Source of the DNA: Endomicrobiales bacterium
GTDB taxonomy: Bacteria; Elusimicrobiota; Endomicrobiia; Endomicrobiales; CAWCFT01
DNA length: 64,000 nt
Assembly: GCA_963794945.1 (NCBI GenBank)
Contig: CAWCFT010000015.1
Coordinates: 96,001-160,000 of the forward strand
Reading direction: 5' to 3'
A program made the position numbers and the translations under genes. A model generated the notes under the pieces. It was given only the letters and a program-made list of their open reading frames with translations. It did no database searches and was not told the DNA's origin. Positions 1 through 10,198 of this stretch are shown piece after piece. How positions within the stretch are numbered: the first letter of the stretch is position 1; each line of letters starts with the position of its first letter.

Positions 1-61
1 GCTAAAAAGTGATACGGGATTTTAATATAAAACTGCAACAACGCCAATATAAAATTAAAAA

Positions 62-135
62 TCGGGAAGGCGGGATTCGAACCCGCGACCTCCTGCTCCC
101 AAAGCAGGCGCGATAGCCAGCTACGCTACTTCCCG
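62..135 (-). tRNA. tRNA-Pro(TGG)
   Basis: Reverse complement CGGGAAG-TAGCGTAGCTGGCTATCGCG-CCTGC-TTTGGGA-GCAGG-AGGTC-GCGGGTTCGAATCCCGC-CTTCCCG-A folds as a cloverleaf; anticodon TGG; CCA not encoded. Confidence 0.96.
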
Positions 136-149
136 AACATGTCTAATTC

Positions 150-211
150 AAGATTTGAAGATTAATAGATTGAAGATTCAAATCTTCAATTTTCTAAATT
201 TTCAATCTTTA
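150..211. repeat. Inverted heptamer-repeat hairpin (unit ~AAGATTG / CAATCTT)
   Basis: Degenerate 7-bp units on both arms; perfect core ATTGAAGATT-ca-AATCTTCAAT at 169-190. Confidence 0.7.
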
Positions 212-807
212 ATTTGTTTTGTAATAAGTTTTCTTGCTTTCTTTAGCGCCAGAGCCCTGTGGCTGATCTTGTTTTTTACCACGGACGGCAGCTCAGCAAA
301 GGTCTTATGGAGCTTTGGCACCACAAAAAGCGGGTCGTAACCAAAACCCTTTGTGCCTTTTTCACTATAGTCTATTATACCATTTATCTTGCCCTCTACA
401 GTAAAAACCTTACCAGAGGGGCTCGAGAGGGCTATAACACACTTGAAAGCGGCCTTGCGGCGCGCTCCTTTAACGCCTTTAAGCTTCCCAAGAAGCTTTT
501 TGTTGTTGTCGGCGTAAGAACACCCTTCACCGGCCCACCTGGCTGAATAAACTCCGGGCTCGCCGTCTAAATATTCCACTTCAAGCCCGGTATCATCCGC
601 AAGCGCCCATTTCCCGGTATAAAGAGCTATCGTCTTTGCCTTTTTTGAAGCGTTATATTTCAGGGTATCGCCGTCTTCCTCAACTTCCGGCGCGCCCTTG
701 ACCGTATCGATCGGCACTATCCTGACTTTCAGCCCTTTGAGTATGTGTGATATTTCTGACACCTTGTGTTTGTTGCGCGTCGCGAGGACAAGTTCTATAT
801 TTTTCAT
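202..807 (-). CDS. rdgB: Non-canonical purine NTP pyrophosphatase (RdgB/HAM1)
   Basis: ATRNKHK, ADDTGL, PGVYSAR, GFGYDPLF and KNKISHR motifs; follows rph. Confidence 0.95.
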   Translation of the reverse strand: MKNIELVLATRNKHKVSEISHILKGLKVRIVPIDTVKGAPEVEEDGDTLKYNASKKAKTIALYTGKWALADDTGLEVEYLDGEPGVYSARWAGEGCSYADNNKKLLGKLKGVKGARRKAAFKCVIALSSPSGKVFTVEGKINGIIDYSEKGTKGFGYDPLFVVPKLHKTFAELPSVVKNKISHRALALKKARKLITKQIKD

Positions 808-1508
808 TTTATTACTATGTTCCCAAGCACTTTCTTTTGAAGTTTAATAATGGCCTTTATTCCGACCTGCGCGATATCTAAAAGCCTGTTGAGCTCTTTG
901 CGGGAGAATGTCTTGCCTTCAGCAGTGCCCTGGATCTCCACGAGATCGCCCGAGCCTGTCATCACCACGTTCATGTCGACATCCGCGCCGTTGTCTTCTT
1001 TGGCGCAGAGGTCCAGCACCATCTTCCCGCGCGAAAGCCCTACGCTTACAGCCGCCAGATAATCTTTCAAGGGAAGGCGGTCTATTACTTTCTCTTTCCT
1101 GAGTTTATCAAGCGCGAGACAGAGGGCTATGAAACCGCCGTTTACAGAAGCCGTGCGTGTGCCGCCGTCTGCTTTTATAACGTCGCAGTCTATTATTATC
1201 GAACGCTTGCCGAGCTTTTCAAGGTCAACTATGGCCCTAAGCGACCTGCCTATCAGCCTCGATATCTCGTGGCTCCTGCCGCCGCCCGCCCCTCTCTGCC
1301 TGGGGGTCCGCTGCTTGCCCGCCCGCGGCAAAAACGCGTACTCGCCCGTCACCCAGCCGTGGGTAAGCCCCTGGTTCTCGATGAACGGCGGGACCTTTTC
1401 TTCCACAGTCGCTACGCAGAGGACAGTTGTGTCTCCCATGGAGAACAGGCACGAACCTTCGGCGTGCGGAATATAATTCTTTATTGCTTTTATTGGCCTT
1501 GTTTTCAT
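804..1508 (-). CDS. rph: Ribonuclease PH
   Basis: HAEGS, GWVTGEY, EISRLIGRSLR, ADGGTRTAS, VEIQGTAEG; start moved to MKTRP (ATG 1508, GGGGAA upstream). Confidence 0.95.
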   Translation of the reverse strand: MKTRPIKAIKNYIPHAEGSCLFSMGDTTVLCVATVEEKVPPFIENQGLTHGWVTGEYAFLPRAGKQRTPRQRGAGGGRSHEISRLIGRSLRAIVDLEKLGKRSIIIDCDVIKADGGTRTASVNGGFIALCLALDKLRKEKVIDRLPLKDYLAAVSVGLSRGKMVLDLCAKEDNGADVDMNVVMTGSGDLVEIQGTAEGKTFSRKELNRLLDIAQVGIKAIIKLQKKVLGNIVIK

Positions 1509-1533
1509 TGGTTCCCCCATGGTAAACCGATTA

Positions 1534-1603
1534 AATATTATAAGATTGAAGATTGAAAAATTAAGGCCTTGAATTTTCAAATCTTAAATTTTTAATCTTT
1601 AAT
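1534..1603. repeat. Inverted heptamer-repeat hairpin (unit AAGATTG)
   Basis: aagattg aagattg aaaaatt ... tcaaatc ttaaatt tttaatc tttaat between valS and rph. Confidence 0.65.
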
Positions 1604-1608
1604 GTATT

Positions 1609-4354
1609 TTATTGCAACGCCTTTATGCTATCTTTCAGCCGTCCGATCTTAAGTTCGGCCTCACTGACTCGCTCTTTTATCTTCGCGATCTCTTTTTCCG
1701 GAGCGTGTTTTATGAAATCCTCGTTTAGAAGCTTCTGCGCGCAGCGCTCGAGATCGGTTTGGGCGTTAATTATATCTTTCTGGAGCCGTTTCATTTCTTT
1801 TTCGAGGTCTATTATCCCTACAAGCGGGACGAATATCTCCAGGCCCGAGGTGACGGACACGGCAGACTGTTTTGGCCTCGCCGCGTCTTTGGCTGCCTCA
1901 ATACTTTCTATCTTTGCGAGCGCTCTTATGTACGCGCCGTTCCGTTCAAGGAAACTCTTCTGTTCATCCGAGGTTATCCTTACAACCGCAGGTACGAACT
2001 TGCCCGGAGGCACGTTCATCTCGCTCCTTATGGTCCTTACGGCCGTAACGAACTCCATTACCCGCGCCATCTCTTTCAAGGCTTCCTCATCAACTTTTGT
2101 CTCATCGGACTGAGGCCACGGGGCCGACATTATGCTTGTATTCTTGTTATTGTTCCTGATATATCCTGAAAGAGTTTGCCAGAGCTCCTCTGTAATGAAC
2201 GGCATTATCGGGTGCAGCATCCTTACAACACCTGAAAGCACTTCCATGAGCACAGAAAGCGCGGCCTTCTTGGCTTTTTCGTCCTGGCCGGCAATGCGTA
2301 TCTTAGCAAGCTCTATGTACCAGTCGCAGTACTTCGACCAGAAGAAATCGTATATGAGCCTCGCCGCCACGTCAATATCGTATTTCTCGAGCGCCCTGGT
2401 AACGTCCCTAACGGTCAGGCGGTATTCCGAAAGTATCCACTTGTCCGCAAGCTCCATGGGCCACACAGACATGATAAATTCTTTGTCCCATGTAACACCC
2501 GCGACGTTCATCATGACGAAACGGCTCGCGTTCCATATCTTGTTGGCGAAATTTCTCGCGCTCACAAACGAGTCATCGGAAAGCTGCATGTCGCGGCCCG
2601 GCGCGGCCGACTGAGCAAGCGAGAATCTGAGAGCGTCGGTGCCGTACTTGTCCATTACAATGAGCGGGTCGATAACGTTGCCCAGCGACTTCGACATCTT
2701 CTTGCCGAACCTGTCCCTGACTATGCCGTTTAGGAATACTTCTGTGAAAGGCAGGTCGTCCAGGAACTGAAGTCCCATCTGCACCATTCTCGCGACCCAG
2801 AGATAGAGTATCTCGTGCCCAGTAACTAGAACGGAGGTCGGGTAATAGTATTCAATATCGCTTTTGTGCGGGCCCTTGTTGGTTTTGTCCGGCCGGCTGT
2901 CCGGCCAGCCCAGCACCGAGAACGGCCAGAGCGCTGAAGAGAACCACGTATCAAGCACGTCCGGGTCCTGTTCTATATGCGTGCCGCCGCAAGCGGGGCA
3001 TTTCTTTGGAGCTTCCACCGAGACCATGGGCGGGCAATTTGACCGCGGGCGCTTGTCCGGTGTTTCTTTATCGTCGGCCTTTGTACCGCTGACGCAATAG
3101 TATACAGGTATCCTGTGTCCCCACCATATCTGGCGGCTTATGCACCAGTCCCTTAAATTCTCAAGCCACAAAAGGTAGGGTTTGGCCCATGAGGCCGGGT
3201 AAAATTTAAGCTTGCCTTCCTCAACCACTTGCATGGCCCTTTTGGACATTTCTTCTACTTTAAGGAACCACTGCTCTGAAACCAGCGGCTCGATAACAGA
3301 GCTGCACCTGTAACAGTGGCCCACCGAATGCGGGTGGTCAACGGTCTCAAGCAAAAGGCCCTGGGCTTCAAGATCAAGGAGGACCTTTTTGCGAGCCTCG
3401 TATCTGTCAAGGCCGGCGTACTGGCCGGCCTCTTTGGTCATCTTGCCGTTAAAACCTATAACAACTATGTGCGGGAGGCTATGCCGGACCGCTATTTCAA
3501 AGTCGGCAGGGTCGTGGGCAGGTGTAACCTTTACAGCGCCCGTTCCGAAAGCCTTATCTACTGCTTCGTCAAATACTATCGGTATCTCGCGGCCAGTGAG
3601 CGGCAGGACAAGCATTTTACCTATGTATTTCTTATACCTTTCGTCTTCAGGGTGTACGGCAACAGCGGTGTCGCCCAGCATTGTCTCGGGCCTTGTTGTC
3701 GCTACAATTATAAATTCTTTTCAGGTCCCATTTTACAGCGTATTTTATATGCCAAAGCTTGCCTATCTCTTCTTCGTGCTCGACTTCGATATCGCTAAGC
3801 GCCGTGTTGCAGTGCGGGCACCAGTTAACAAGCCTCTTGCCCCTGTATATTAGCCCTTTATTGTGAAGCTCGACAAAGGCGGTCATGACCGCCTTGGAAC
3901 AGCCTTCATCCATCGTAAACCTGGTCCTGTCCCAATCAAGCGAGCAGCCGAGCCTCTTAAGCTGGTTGAGTATGGTATCACCGGTCTCTTTGCGCCACGC
4001 CCAGGTCCGCTCCAGGAATTTTTCACGGCCCATCTCGCTTCTGTTCTTGCCTTCAGATTTCAGCAGCTTTTCCACTACGTTCTGGGTGGCTATGCCTCCG
4101 TGGTCAACTCCCGGCACCCATAGCGTGTTAAAACCCTGCATCTTCTTAAAGCGTATGATTATGTCCTGCAGGGTGTTGTTTAAGGCATGACCCATATGAA
4201 GCGAGCCTGTGATGTTCGGGGGAGGTATGACAATAGTAAAAGGTTTGCTGCCGGCTTCGGGTTTTGACGCGAAAAGCCGGTTCTCAAGCCAAAAGCTGTA
4301 CCATTTATCTTCAGTTTTCTTGGGTTCGTATGTTTTTTCTATTTCCGCGCTCAT
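1609..4354 (-). CDS. valS: Valine--tRNA ligase (apparent frameshift near 3715-3730)
   Basis: PPPNITGSLHMGHAL (HIGH) in 3647..4354; DWCISRQIWWGH, KMSKS and C-terminal coiled coil in 1609..3681; ATTRPETMLGD continues in the second frame. Confidence 0.95.
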
Positions 4355-4442
4355 TTTCTGTCCTTGCCTTGATGTTATATTTCGTTGATTTTAGCAAAAG
4401 AAAAGTAGTTTATCAAATATGATATTCAAAAAGAAAGAAAGC

Positions 4443-4471
4443 TTGACATAACACGCAATATCTGTTATAAA
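4443..4471 (+). promoter_or_regulatory. Sigma70-type promoter of the M23/bactofilin operon
   Basis: TTGACA-17 bp-TATAAA with TGn extended -10. Confidence 0.65.
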
Positions 4472-4537
4472 ATATTGCCTACAAAATGCCTTAATTTTTA
4501 GGGCTAAATCAGCGTTAGCAGGAAATTTGGGACACCT

Positions 4538-5494
4538 ATGAAACTATTTGAACTTCTTAAAAAAGAGCTCAAAAGAGGCATCACTGTTATGTTCATTCCG
4601 CATAACAGCGTAAAACCTCTTAAGATCAGCTTTTCTTTAAGCTTTTTACTTTTCCTAATAGTATCCTGGAGCTTCCTCACGGTTACGGCCGGCTACCTTT
4701 ACAGCCGCCATATAGATTACATGATGGTAAAGACGGACAATAAGCTGATGCAGCTGAAGGTCATGTTTTTCGCAAAACAAGTTAAACAGTCCAGGGAACT
4801 GCTTGAGCAGGTAAAAGAGAACGACGACCAGGTAAGGACGCTGCTTGAGATGAAGTCTAAAAAGGCCATTATAGAAGAAAATGAGGGCGGGCGCGGCGGT
4901 CCTTCGAAAGATGATGTAAAAGACCTCGACCGCCTGCTGTCGGGCAAGATCTACGAAATGAACCAGCAGGACATGTGGCGCCAGACAGAAGCCCTCAAAG
5001 AAGAGACAAAAAAACGTTTGGCCAGTTTTACGGAAATAAAGAACCAGGTAAACAACCTCCGTGCCCTGTTCCATGCCACGCCCAACATCTGGCCGTGCGT
5101 TGGCCACGTCACATCCCAGTTCGGATACAGGATACACCCTCTTTTGCTCACCGAAGAATTTCATGCGGGGCTCGATATTGCCAACGAGAAAAATACCCCC
5201 ATATATGCGACCGCGGACGGCTGTGTGAGGCTGGCGGACTGGCAGTCCGGTTACGGCAGGCTCATAATAGTTGACAACGGCTATGGTTACTGCACCTATT
5301 ACGGGCACTTAAACAAAATAATAGTTAACAAAGACGAAAAAATACACCGCGGCCAGCTTATAGGCCTTATGGGGTGTTCGGGCGAATCGACAGGCAACCA
5401 TCTTCACTACGAGATACATGTTAACGGGAGCCCGGTGGATCCGTGGAGATTTTTGAAGAAACTTCAACCTAACGAGAATTTGGCAAAATCTTAA
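4538..5494 (+). CDS. M23 family metallopeptidase with N-terminal TM and coiled coil
   Basis: FHAGLDIA (HxxxD), YGHL, STGNHLHYEI (HxH). Confidence 0.93.
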   Translation: MKLFELLKKELKRGITVMFIPHNSVKPLKISFSLSFLLFLIVSWSFLTVTAGYLYSRHIDYMMVKTDNKLMQLKVMFFAKQVKQSRELLEQVKENDDQVRTLLEMKSKKAIIEENEGGRGGPSKDDVKDLDRLLSGKIYEMNQQDMWRQTEALKEETKKRLASFTEIKNQVNNLRALFHATPNIWPCVGHVTSQFGYRIHPLLLTEEFHAGLDIANEKNTPIYATADGCVRLADWQSGYGRLIIVDNGYGYCTYYGHLNKIIVNKDEKIHRGQLIGLMGCSGESTGNHLHYEIHVNGSPVDPWRFLKKLQPNENLAKS

Positions 5495-5502
5495 ATAACG
5501 AG

Positions 5503-5904
5503 GTGATGAGCATGTTCGGAAAGAAAAAAGAAAGCGTGTTCGGAGTGATAGAGACCGTTATAGGTCCCGAAAGCGTTTTTCAGGGAACTATCCGCTCCAA
5601 GAGTTCTGTCCGTATAGACGGCAGGCTTGAAGGCGGCATCGCTGAAGCCAACGGCATAATCATCGGAGAAAAAGGCCAGATACAGGGCGACATAAACGGA
5701 AGGGTGGTAGTAGTTGGCGGAAAGATAACCGGCAATATAACAGCTGTCCACAGCCTCGAGATCCTTCCCAAAGCGCAGGTTTACGGAGATATCCACTCGG
5801 CGCTGCTCGCCATAGGTGAAGGCGCGACGTTCGAAGGCAACTGCGTTATGTCAACCGAGAAAGATAAAGTTATTGAGATGGACGTGGAGTCAAGAAGGCG
5901 TTAG
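5503..5904 (+). CDS. Bactofilin (polymer-forming cytoskeletal protein)
   Basis: TVIG..VRIDG..GDI..V.G.ITGNI..GA.FEG beta-helix pattern; typical M23-bactofilin pairing. Confidence 0.9.
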   Translation: MMSMFGKKKESVFGVIETVIGPESVFQGTIRSKSSVRIDGRLEGGIAEANGIIIGEKGQIQGDINGRVVVVGGKITGNITAVHSLEILPKAQVYGDIHSALLAIGEGATFEGNCVMSTEKDKVIEMDVESRRR

Positions 5905-5964
5905 GTAACGTAAACCGAAACGTCAAAAGGCCCCTAAAAATTACGGAGCCTTGATAAGGATAAT

Positions 5965-6011
5965 AAATTGCGGCCGGCAAATAAATGTGCCCGCCGCAGT
6001 TTTATTTTTTT
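5965..6011 (+). terminator. Probable intrinsic terminator between convergent genes
   Basis: aaattgcggc...gccgcagttt stem followed by a T-rich run. Confidence 0.5.
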
Positions 6012-6020
6012 GGCCGGACT

Positions 6021-6443
6021 TTACTCAATATTGCGCTCCAGAGGCACATCGAGCTTTTTTAACGAACTTTCGGCCTGCCGCCTCACTTGCTCCTCCTCCG
6101 ACACGTTATTAATTACCCTCATGAGCGGCCTGCGCGCGTCGGGGTTCTCAAGGTAGCCAAGCATATCGGTTATCCAGAACCTGACCTTCCAGTCCGGGTC
6201 GTCGAGACAGTTGGAGAGCGCGTAGACTGCAAACGGCCCCACCGAAAGCATTTGTTTCCCCTGCTCTATTGTTTTCCGGCCGAAATCCTCAAGTTCATCG
6301 CACTGGATGCTTATAGCCCTGACTTCCTTAATTATCGAGCGTACCTTGGCCTTTTGCGCGGCGTCAGGCTGCGGCGCGGCAAAAACTTGTACTGAGACCA
6401 GAAAGATAGCGAACGCCGCAATAATTATCCTATTCATAGTCAT
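6021..6443 (-). CDS. Secreted HEAT-repeat protein
   Basis: Signal peptide (VQVFA); LDDPDWKVR...LG and VRRQAESSL HEAT units. Confidence 0.75.
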   Translation of the reverse strand: MTMNRIIIAAFAIFLVSVQVFAAPQPDAAQKAKVRSIIKEVRAISIQCDELEDFGRKTIEQGKQMLSVGPFAVYALSNCLDDPDWKVRFWITDMLGYLENPDARRPLMRVINNVSEEEQVRRQAESSLKKLDVPLERNIE

Positions 6444-7325
6444 TTGTAAAAATACCCCAATACAGGTATCGTAAAGAATGAGAATACGGTTCCGGCAAAA
6501 ACCGTTGCGGCTGCGAAAGGAATATTGCCCTCATATTTTTCGGTCAGTATGTAGGAGTATACCGCGGCGGGCATTGAAGATGTCATGACGCATACACCGG
6601 CCAGCTGGGCCGGTAATCCCCAGGATGTAGGCCACCCCGGCGCCTGCCAAACACCCTCCTAACATCCTCAAAGAAACACCCCAGATCACCAATTTAAAGC
6701 CTTCCGCCTTAATCTCCCCAAGCCTATAACCAACGAAAATAAGCATTACCGGGAGCGTAACGAAAGATATCATCTTGCTTGCCGTTCCAAGCACATGAGG
6801 GAAACCAGTACCTATAGCGTTAAGAGCTGCACCGGCTGCCGCAGCATAGAGTACCGGCAGGCCCGCAATCTCAGATAGAGCGCTCTTTTTGGACACCCAC
6901 CAGATACCAAGCGTAAAGGTCGCTACGGTTATCACCATGTTGTAGATTATTGCGTAAGCCGCGCCCTGCGCTCCCCATAAAAGCGTGTTCACCGGTATTG
7001 CGAGGTAAGCCGAATTCATAAATATCACCGGCAGGCAATGCTCTTTGAACGATATTTTTTCCTTCCATGCCCACACCCACATGAAGAACGCCCCAAAAAG
7101 CACGACCGCGAAGGCGCACACCGCGGTCTTCCACGAGTACGCGAAACTTAAAGGATTGTACCACATCGTAAGAAAAATGTAGGCGGGTATAAGAAGGTAC
7201 AAGGTTATCCATATAAACACTTTCGCTGTACCCTCGCCGCGCTCTCCAGTAAAACGCTTAAGCGCCGCGCCCAGCACCACAAAAGCAAACACTTTATATA
7301 TGAGCGTCCAAAGCAAATTTATCAT
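6440..7325 (-). CDS. AEC (auxin efflux carrier) family transporter (frameshift near 6597)
   Basis: Multi-TM; FMNSAYLAIP motif; shifted frame gives SSMPAAVYSYILTEKY to TGA at 6440. Confidence 0.85.
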
Positions 7326-7372
7326 TCTGCCATGATTATACATTATTTAAGCACTTATGATAAATCCCTGTA

Positions 7373-7550
7373 AAATGCAGTGCCGTGCATTTGCCCTCGA
7401 GTTCTGACTGATGAGGAACGAAGAGGGCACCAGCGAAGCGAGGGGTCAATTAATAAAAAGTGTTTTGAGCCTGAGCTTTACATTCACTCAGGCTCAAAGT
7501 CAAGGGAGCCCGCGATGGCTCCCGTCTTTTAATAAATTGACCCCGAGCGC
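7373..7550. other. Nested multi-hairpin intergenic element (MITE-like or structured RNA)
   Basis: Stems 7392-7398/7423-7429, 7442-7460/7526-7544 (17/19), 7464-7475/7487-7498 (12/12), 7504-7510/7517-7523. Confidence 0.6.
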
Positions 7551-7608
7551 TATTTTTGGTAGAATCACCATTGATCAACAACAAGTAATTTCCACTGGAG
7601 CAATGAAC

Positions 7609-8319
7609 ATGATGAACTGGCTTCGCAAACACATGCGTTTAATATTCGGTATAACTATAGTCGGGTTCCTCGGCGGAGCTTTTATAGGGTTCGGCGGCTA
7701 CTTTTTTTCCAGTAAGACGCCCGCCGACGCCGTAGTTGAAGTCAATGGCGCAAAAATACCCTACAGGCAGTATGCCAACTACCTCAACCGCGTGCTCGAC
7801 AATATGCGCCAGCAGAAGCAGGAGATAACCGATGAGGTCACAAAACAGAAAAAACAGGAAGTGCTTCAGGACCTGATACAGGAAGAGGTTTTCAGCGGAG
7901 AGGCAAAAAAATACAGCATAACTGTTTCCGACGGCGAGCTCGCCGCCGATATCCAACACTACCCAGCGTTCCAGAAAGAAGGGCATTTCGACCAGCAAAC
8001 CTATTTCCAGGTGCTGTTCCAGATGCTGCATACGACACCGAAAGAATTCGAAGAATCACGTCGCAAACAGATAGCGATATTCAAACTCAGGCAGCTGATC
8101 TCCTCAAGCGTTATTATAACCGAACCCGAACTAAAACTTGAATATTATTACTCGAACAAAGGCAACATGTCCGCCTTCGAGAAAGACAGGCAGAAATTCC
8201 TTGAAAAGTTAAAGCAGGAAAAAACCATGATGGTATTTTCGGAGTGGTTCAAGACGCTCAACCAGAATATGAAGATAAAAGTGCATTTGGACGAGATAGA
8301 AAAAGGCCAGGGCGCATAA
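7609..8319 (+). CDS. SurA/PpiD N-terminal domain chaperone-like protein
   Basis: MMNWLRKH + TM, VVEVNG..I, FQKEGHFD..Y; GGAG RBS before ATG 7609. Confidence 0.8.
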   Translation: MMNWLRKHMRLIFGITIVGFLGGAFIGFGGYFFSSKTPADAVVEVNGAKIPYRQYANYLNRVLDNMRQQKQEITDEVTKQKKQEVLQDLIQEEVFSGEAKKYSITVSDGELAADIQHYPAFQKEGHFDQQTYFQVLFQMLHTTPKEFEESRRKQIAIFKLRQLISSSVIITEPELKLEYYYSNKGNMSAFEKDRQKFLEKLKQEKTMMVFSEWFKTLNQNMKIKVHLDEIEKGQGA

Positions 8320-8419
8320 AATCAAATATCAAACATCAAAAATAAAAAATATAATATCTACAAATAAATATTTAAGAGACAGCATTAATTTTGATATTTG
8401 ATGTTTTATTTTTGAATTT
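8318..8419. repeat. Inverted heptamer-repeat hairpin (unit ATATCAA / TTGATAT)
   Basis: aaatcaa atatcaa acatcaa aaataaa ... ttttgat atttgat gttttat ttttgaa. Confidence 0.7.
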
Positions 8420-8423
8420 CTTT

Positions 8424-9311
8424 CTATATCTTCCTTCTAAGACTACCCTTGAAAGGCAGCTGCTCGTACACCAGTATCTCTTTAAGATAAGCTATCTGTC
8501 TTTCTATCGCTTTCCTGTAAAGGTCTTCGCCTATCCCGTAACGCTTGCGGAAATGATGTATCATATACCCGTCAACGCCACCCAGCGTGTCCTTCAGCCT
8601 TTTTTTAGTACCCTCGTAGAACTCCATAGTCTTTTCCAGTAGCGCTATCTCGGTTGGATAACCCTGCACGTTTCCTTCCCTGAACTCACCGTAAAGGTAG
8701 ATGAGCCTTTCAAGATAAGTGCGCGATGCCATCTGCCCTAGAAGGTCTGCGCTTCCAAGCATAAACCCGAGCGTGCGTTCCGGCTTTGAGGCGAACTTAA
8801 GCTGGGCGAATTCAGCTGAAAGCCCCGTGCAACTCACCATCCTCCCAGCGCTAAGCGCCAGCCGCCTGGGCAACCCCTGTTCTTTAAAATATTTTCCTAT
8901 GAACTCAATGCTTCTCGCGACATGGTTTAACGTGTACTTCGCGCCCGTACCTTTCCTGTCGCTCGTGCGCTGGATGTAGCCCGTATCATGGAACAGAGTG
9001 GCTATCAAAGCGGTCTTTACAAGCTCAACCGGAAGCTTCCCGCTCTTTATATTGTAACCATCTATGAGCCTTGAGACAGCCAGCAGGGCGTCGGTAGTGT
9101 GCACTTTGTCGTGAAATTTCGTGTTGCAGGCTCGATAACCCGGATATGCCCCATCGAACAAACGGTTGAAATTAACGAAAGCGGCCCTGACATCCTCAAA
9201 CGCAGCCAACGGGTAATGAAATATGAAATTGTATTTGACTTCCTCGAAGACAGCCGCCGGCGTGCGCATGTCTACAAGCTTGGAAAGCTGAAGGTCACGG
9301 CCTTTTTTCAT
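8424..9311 (-). CDS. HD-domain metal-dependent phosphohydrolase
   Basis: FHDKVHT, LFHDTGY, HVARS, SADLLGQ motifs. Confidence 0.8.
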   Translation of the reverse strand: MKKGRDLQLSKLVDMRTPAAVFEEVKYNFIFHYPLAAFEDVRAAFVNFNRLFDGAYPGYRACNTKFHDKVHTTDALLAVSRLIDGYNIKSGKLPVELVKTALIATLFHDTGYIQRTSDRKGTGAKYTLNHVARSIEFIGKYFKEQGLPRRLALSAGRMVSCTGLSAEFAQLKFASKPERTLGFMLGSADLLGQMASRTYLERLIYLYGEFREGNVQGYPTEIALLEKTMEFYEGTKKRLKDTLGGVDGYMIHHFRKRYGIGEDLYRKAIERQIAYLKEILVYEQLPFKGSLRRKI

Positions 9312-9321
9312 ATTTCCTCCG

Positions 9322-9918
9322 CTATTTTTTGATCGTCACGCCGAAACGTGAAAGCGCTTTTTTCAGTTTGCCGTAAGGCAGGCCCACCACGTTGTAATAG
9401 TCGCCTTCTATCTTTTCCACGAACGCGTCACTTTTTTCTTGTATCGCGTAGGCTCCCGCTTTGTCCAGGTGTTTTTTTGAAAGCCTCGCCACCTCGGAGC
9501 CCGGTATGCGCCGCATCTTAACCCTGCTTACTTCATAGTCAACCGCTTTCCTGTCGGTTGCGGCGTCAACGACCGCTACGCCGCTGTAGACCCGGTGATA
9601 CGTGCCGTTGAGTTTTGAAAGTATTTTTTCCGCGTGCTTTTCATCCGTTGGTTTCCCTATTATCTCGCCGCCGTAGACCACTATAGTGTCGGCGCCTATG
9701 ACAATCCCGCTCTTTGCCTGTCCCGCGACCGACAGGGCCTTCCTTAGGGCGAGTTCCTTAACTATGGCCCGCGGGCTCTTTTGTTTTGTTTCTTCTCCGA
9801 CACGGCTTGGGATCACTTTGAATTTAAGGCCCCAGTCTTTAAGAAGGCCCGAGCGGCGGGGCGAGGCCGAAGCGAGTATAACAACCGGTTTTAAGGTTCT
9901 GGTATTTATCTTCCTCAT
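9322..9918 (-). CDS. maf: Maf nucleoside triphosphate pyrophosphatase
   Basis: ILASASPRR, GADTIV, GKP, DKAGAYAIQ, NVVGLP. Confidence 0.95.
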   Translation of the reverse strand: MRKINTRTLKPVVILASASPRRSGLLKDWGLKFKVIPSRVGEETKQKSPRAIVKELALRKALSVAGQAKSGIVIGADTIVVYGGEIIGKPTDEKHAEKILSKLNGTYHRVYSGVAVVDAATDRKAVDYEVSRVKMRRIPGSEVARLSKKHLDKAGAYAIQEKSDAFVEKIEGDYYNVVGLPYGKLKKALSRFGVTIKK

Positions 9919-10178
9919 TTATCGATACGCCTGAAAATGAACGCCGCGAAAATTATCCCGATCACGGACATGACGTTAAGCTTGAAAAGGCAGCCGAAAG
10001 TAAGGTCCACTATCCTTAAGTTAAGCGTAGCCGGGTTAAGCCCGGCCGAGATCTCTGTAGAGAAGAGGTCCCTTATAGAACCCGCGGGCACTACTATCCC
10101 GATGAATTTTCCAAGGAACGACCCCAGCAGCGCGCCCACGACGACCACCACAACGAACCACACAGTGTTCTTAGCCAT
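9915..10178 (-). CDS. Small membrane protein, DUF4321-like
   Basis: Two TM helices with P.TLNL.IVDLTFG..KLN motif. Confidence 0.7.
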   Translation of the reverse strand: MAKNTVWFVVVVVVGALLGSFLGKFIGIVVPAGSIRDLFSTEISAGLNPATLNLRIVDLTFGCLFKLNVMSVIGIIFAAFIFRRIDK

Positions 10179-10198
10179 GTTCTCTCCTGTTCCTAGCG

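Noticed and set aside
3700..3735. Stop-codon reassignment or programmed frameshift in valS
   Set aside because: TGA, TAG and TAA all end genes normally here, and the many scattered indels are better explained by sequencing error
7401..7429. CTGATGA...GAA resembling a hammerhead ribozyme core
   Set aside because: GAAG instead of GAAA, essentially no stem II, and no convincing stems I/III with a cleavage triplet
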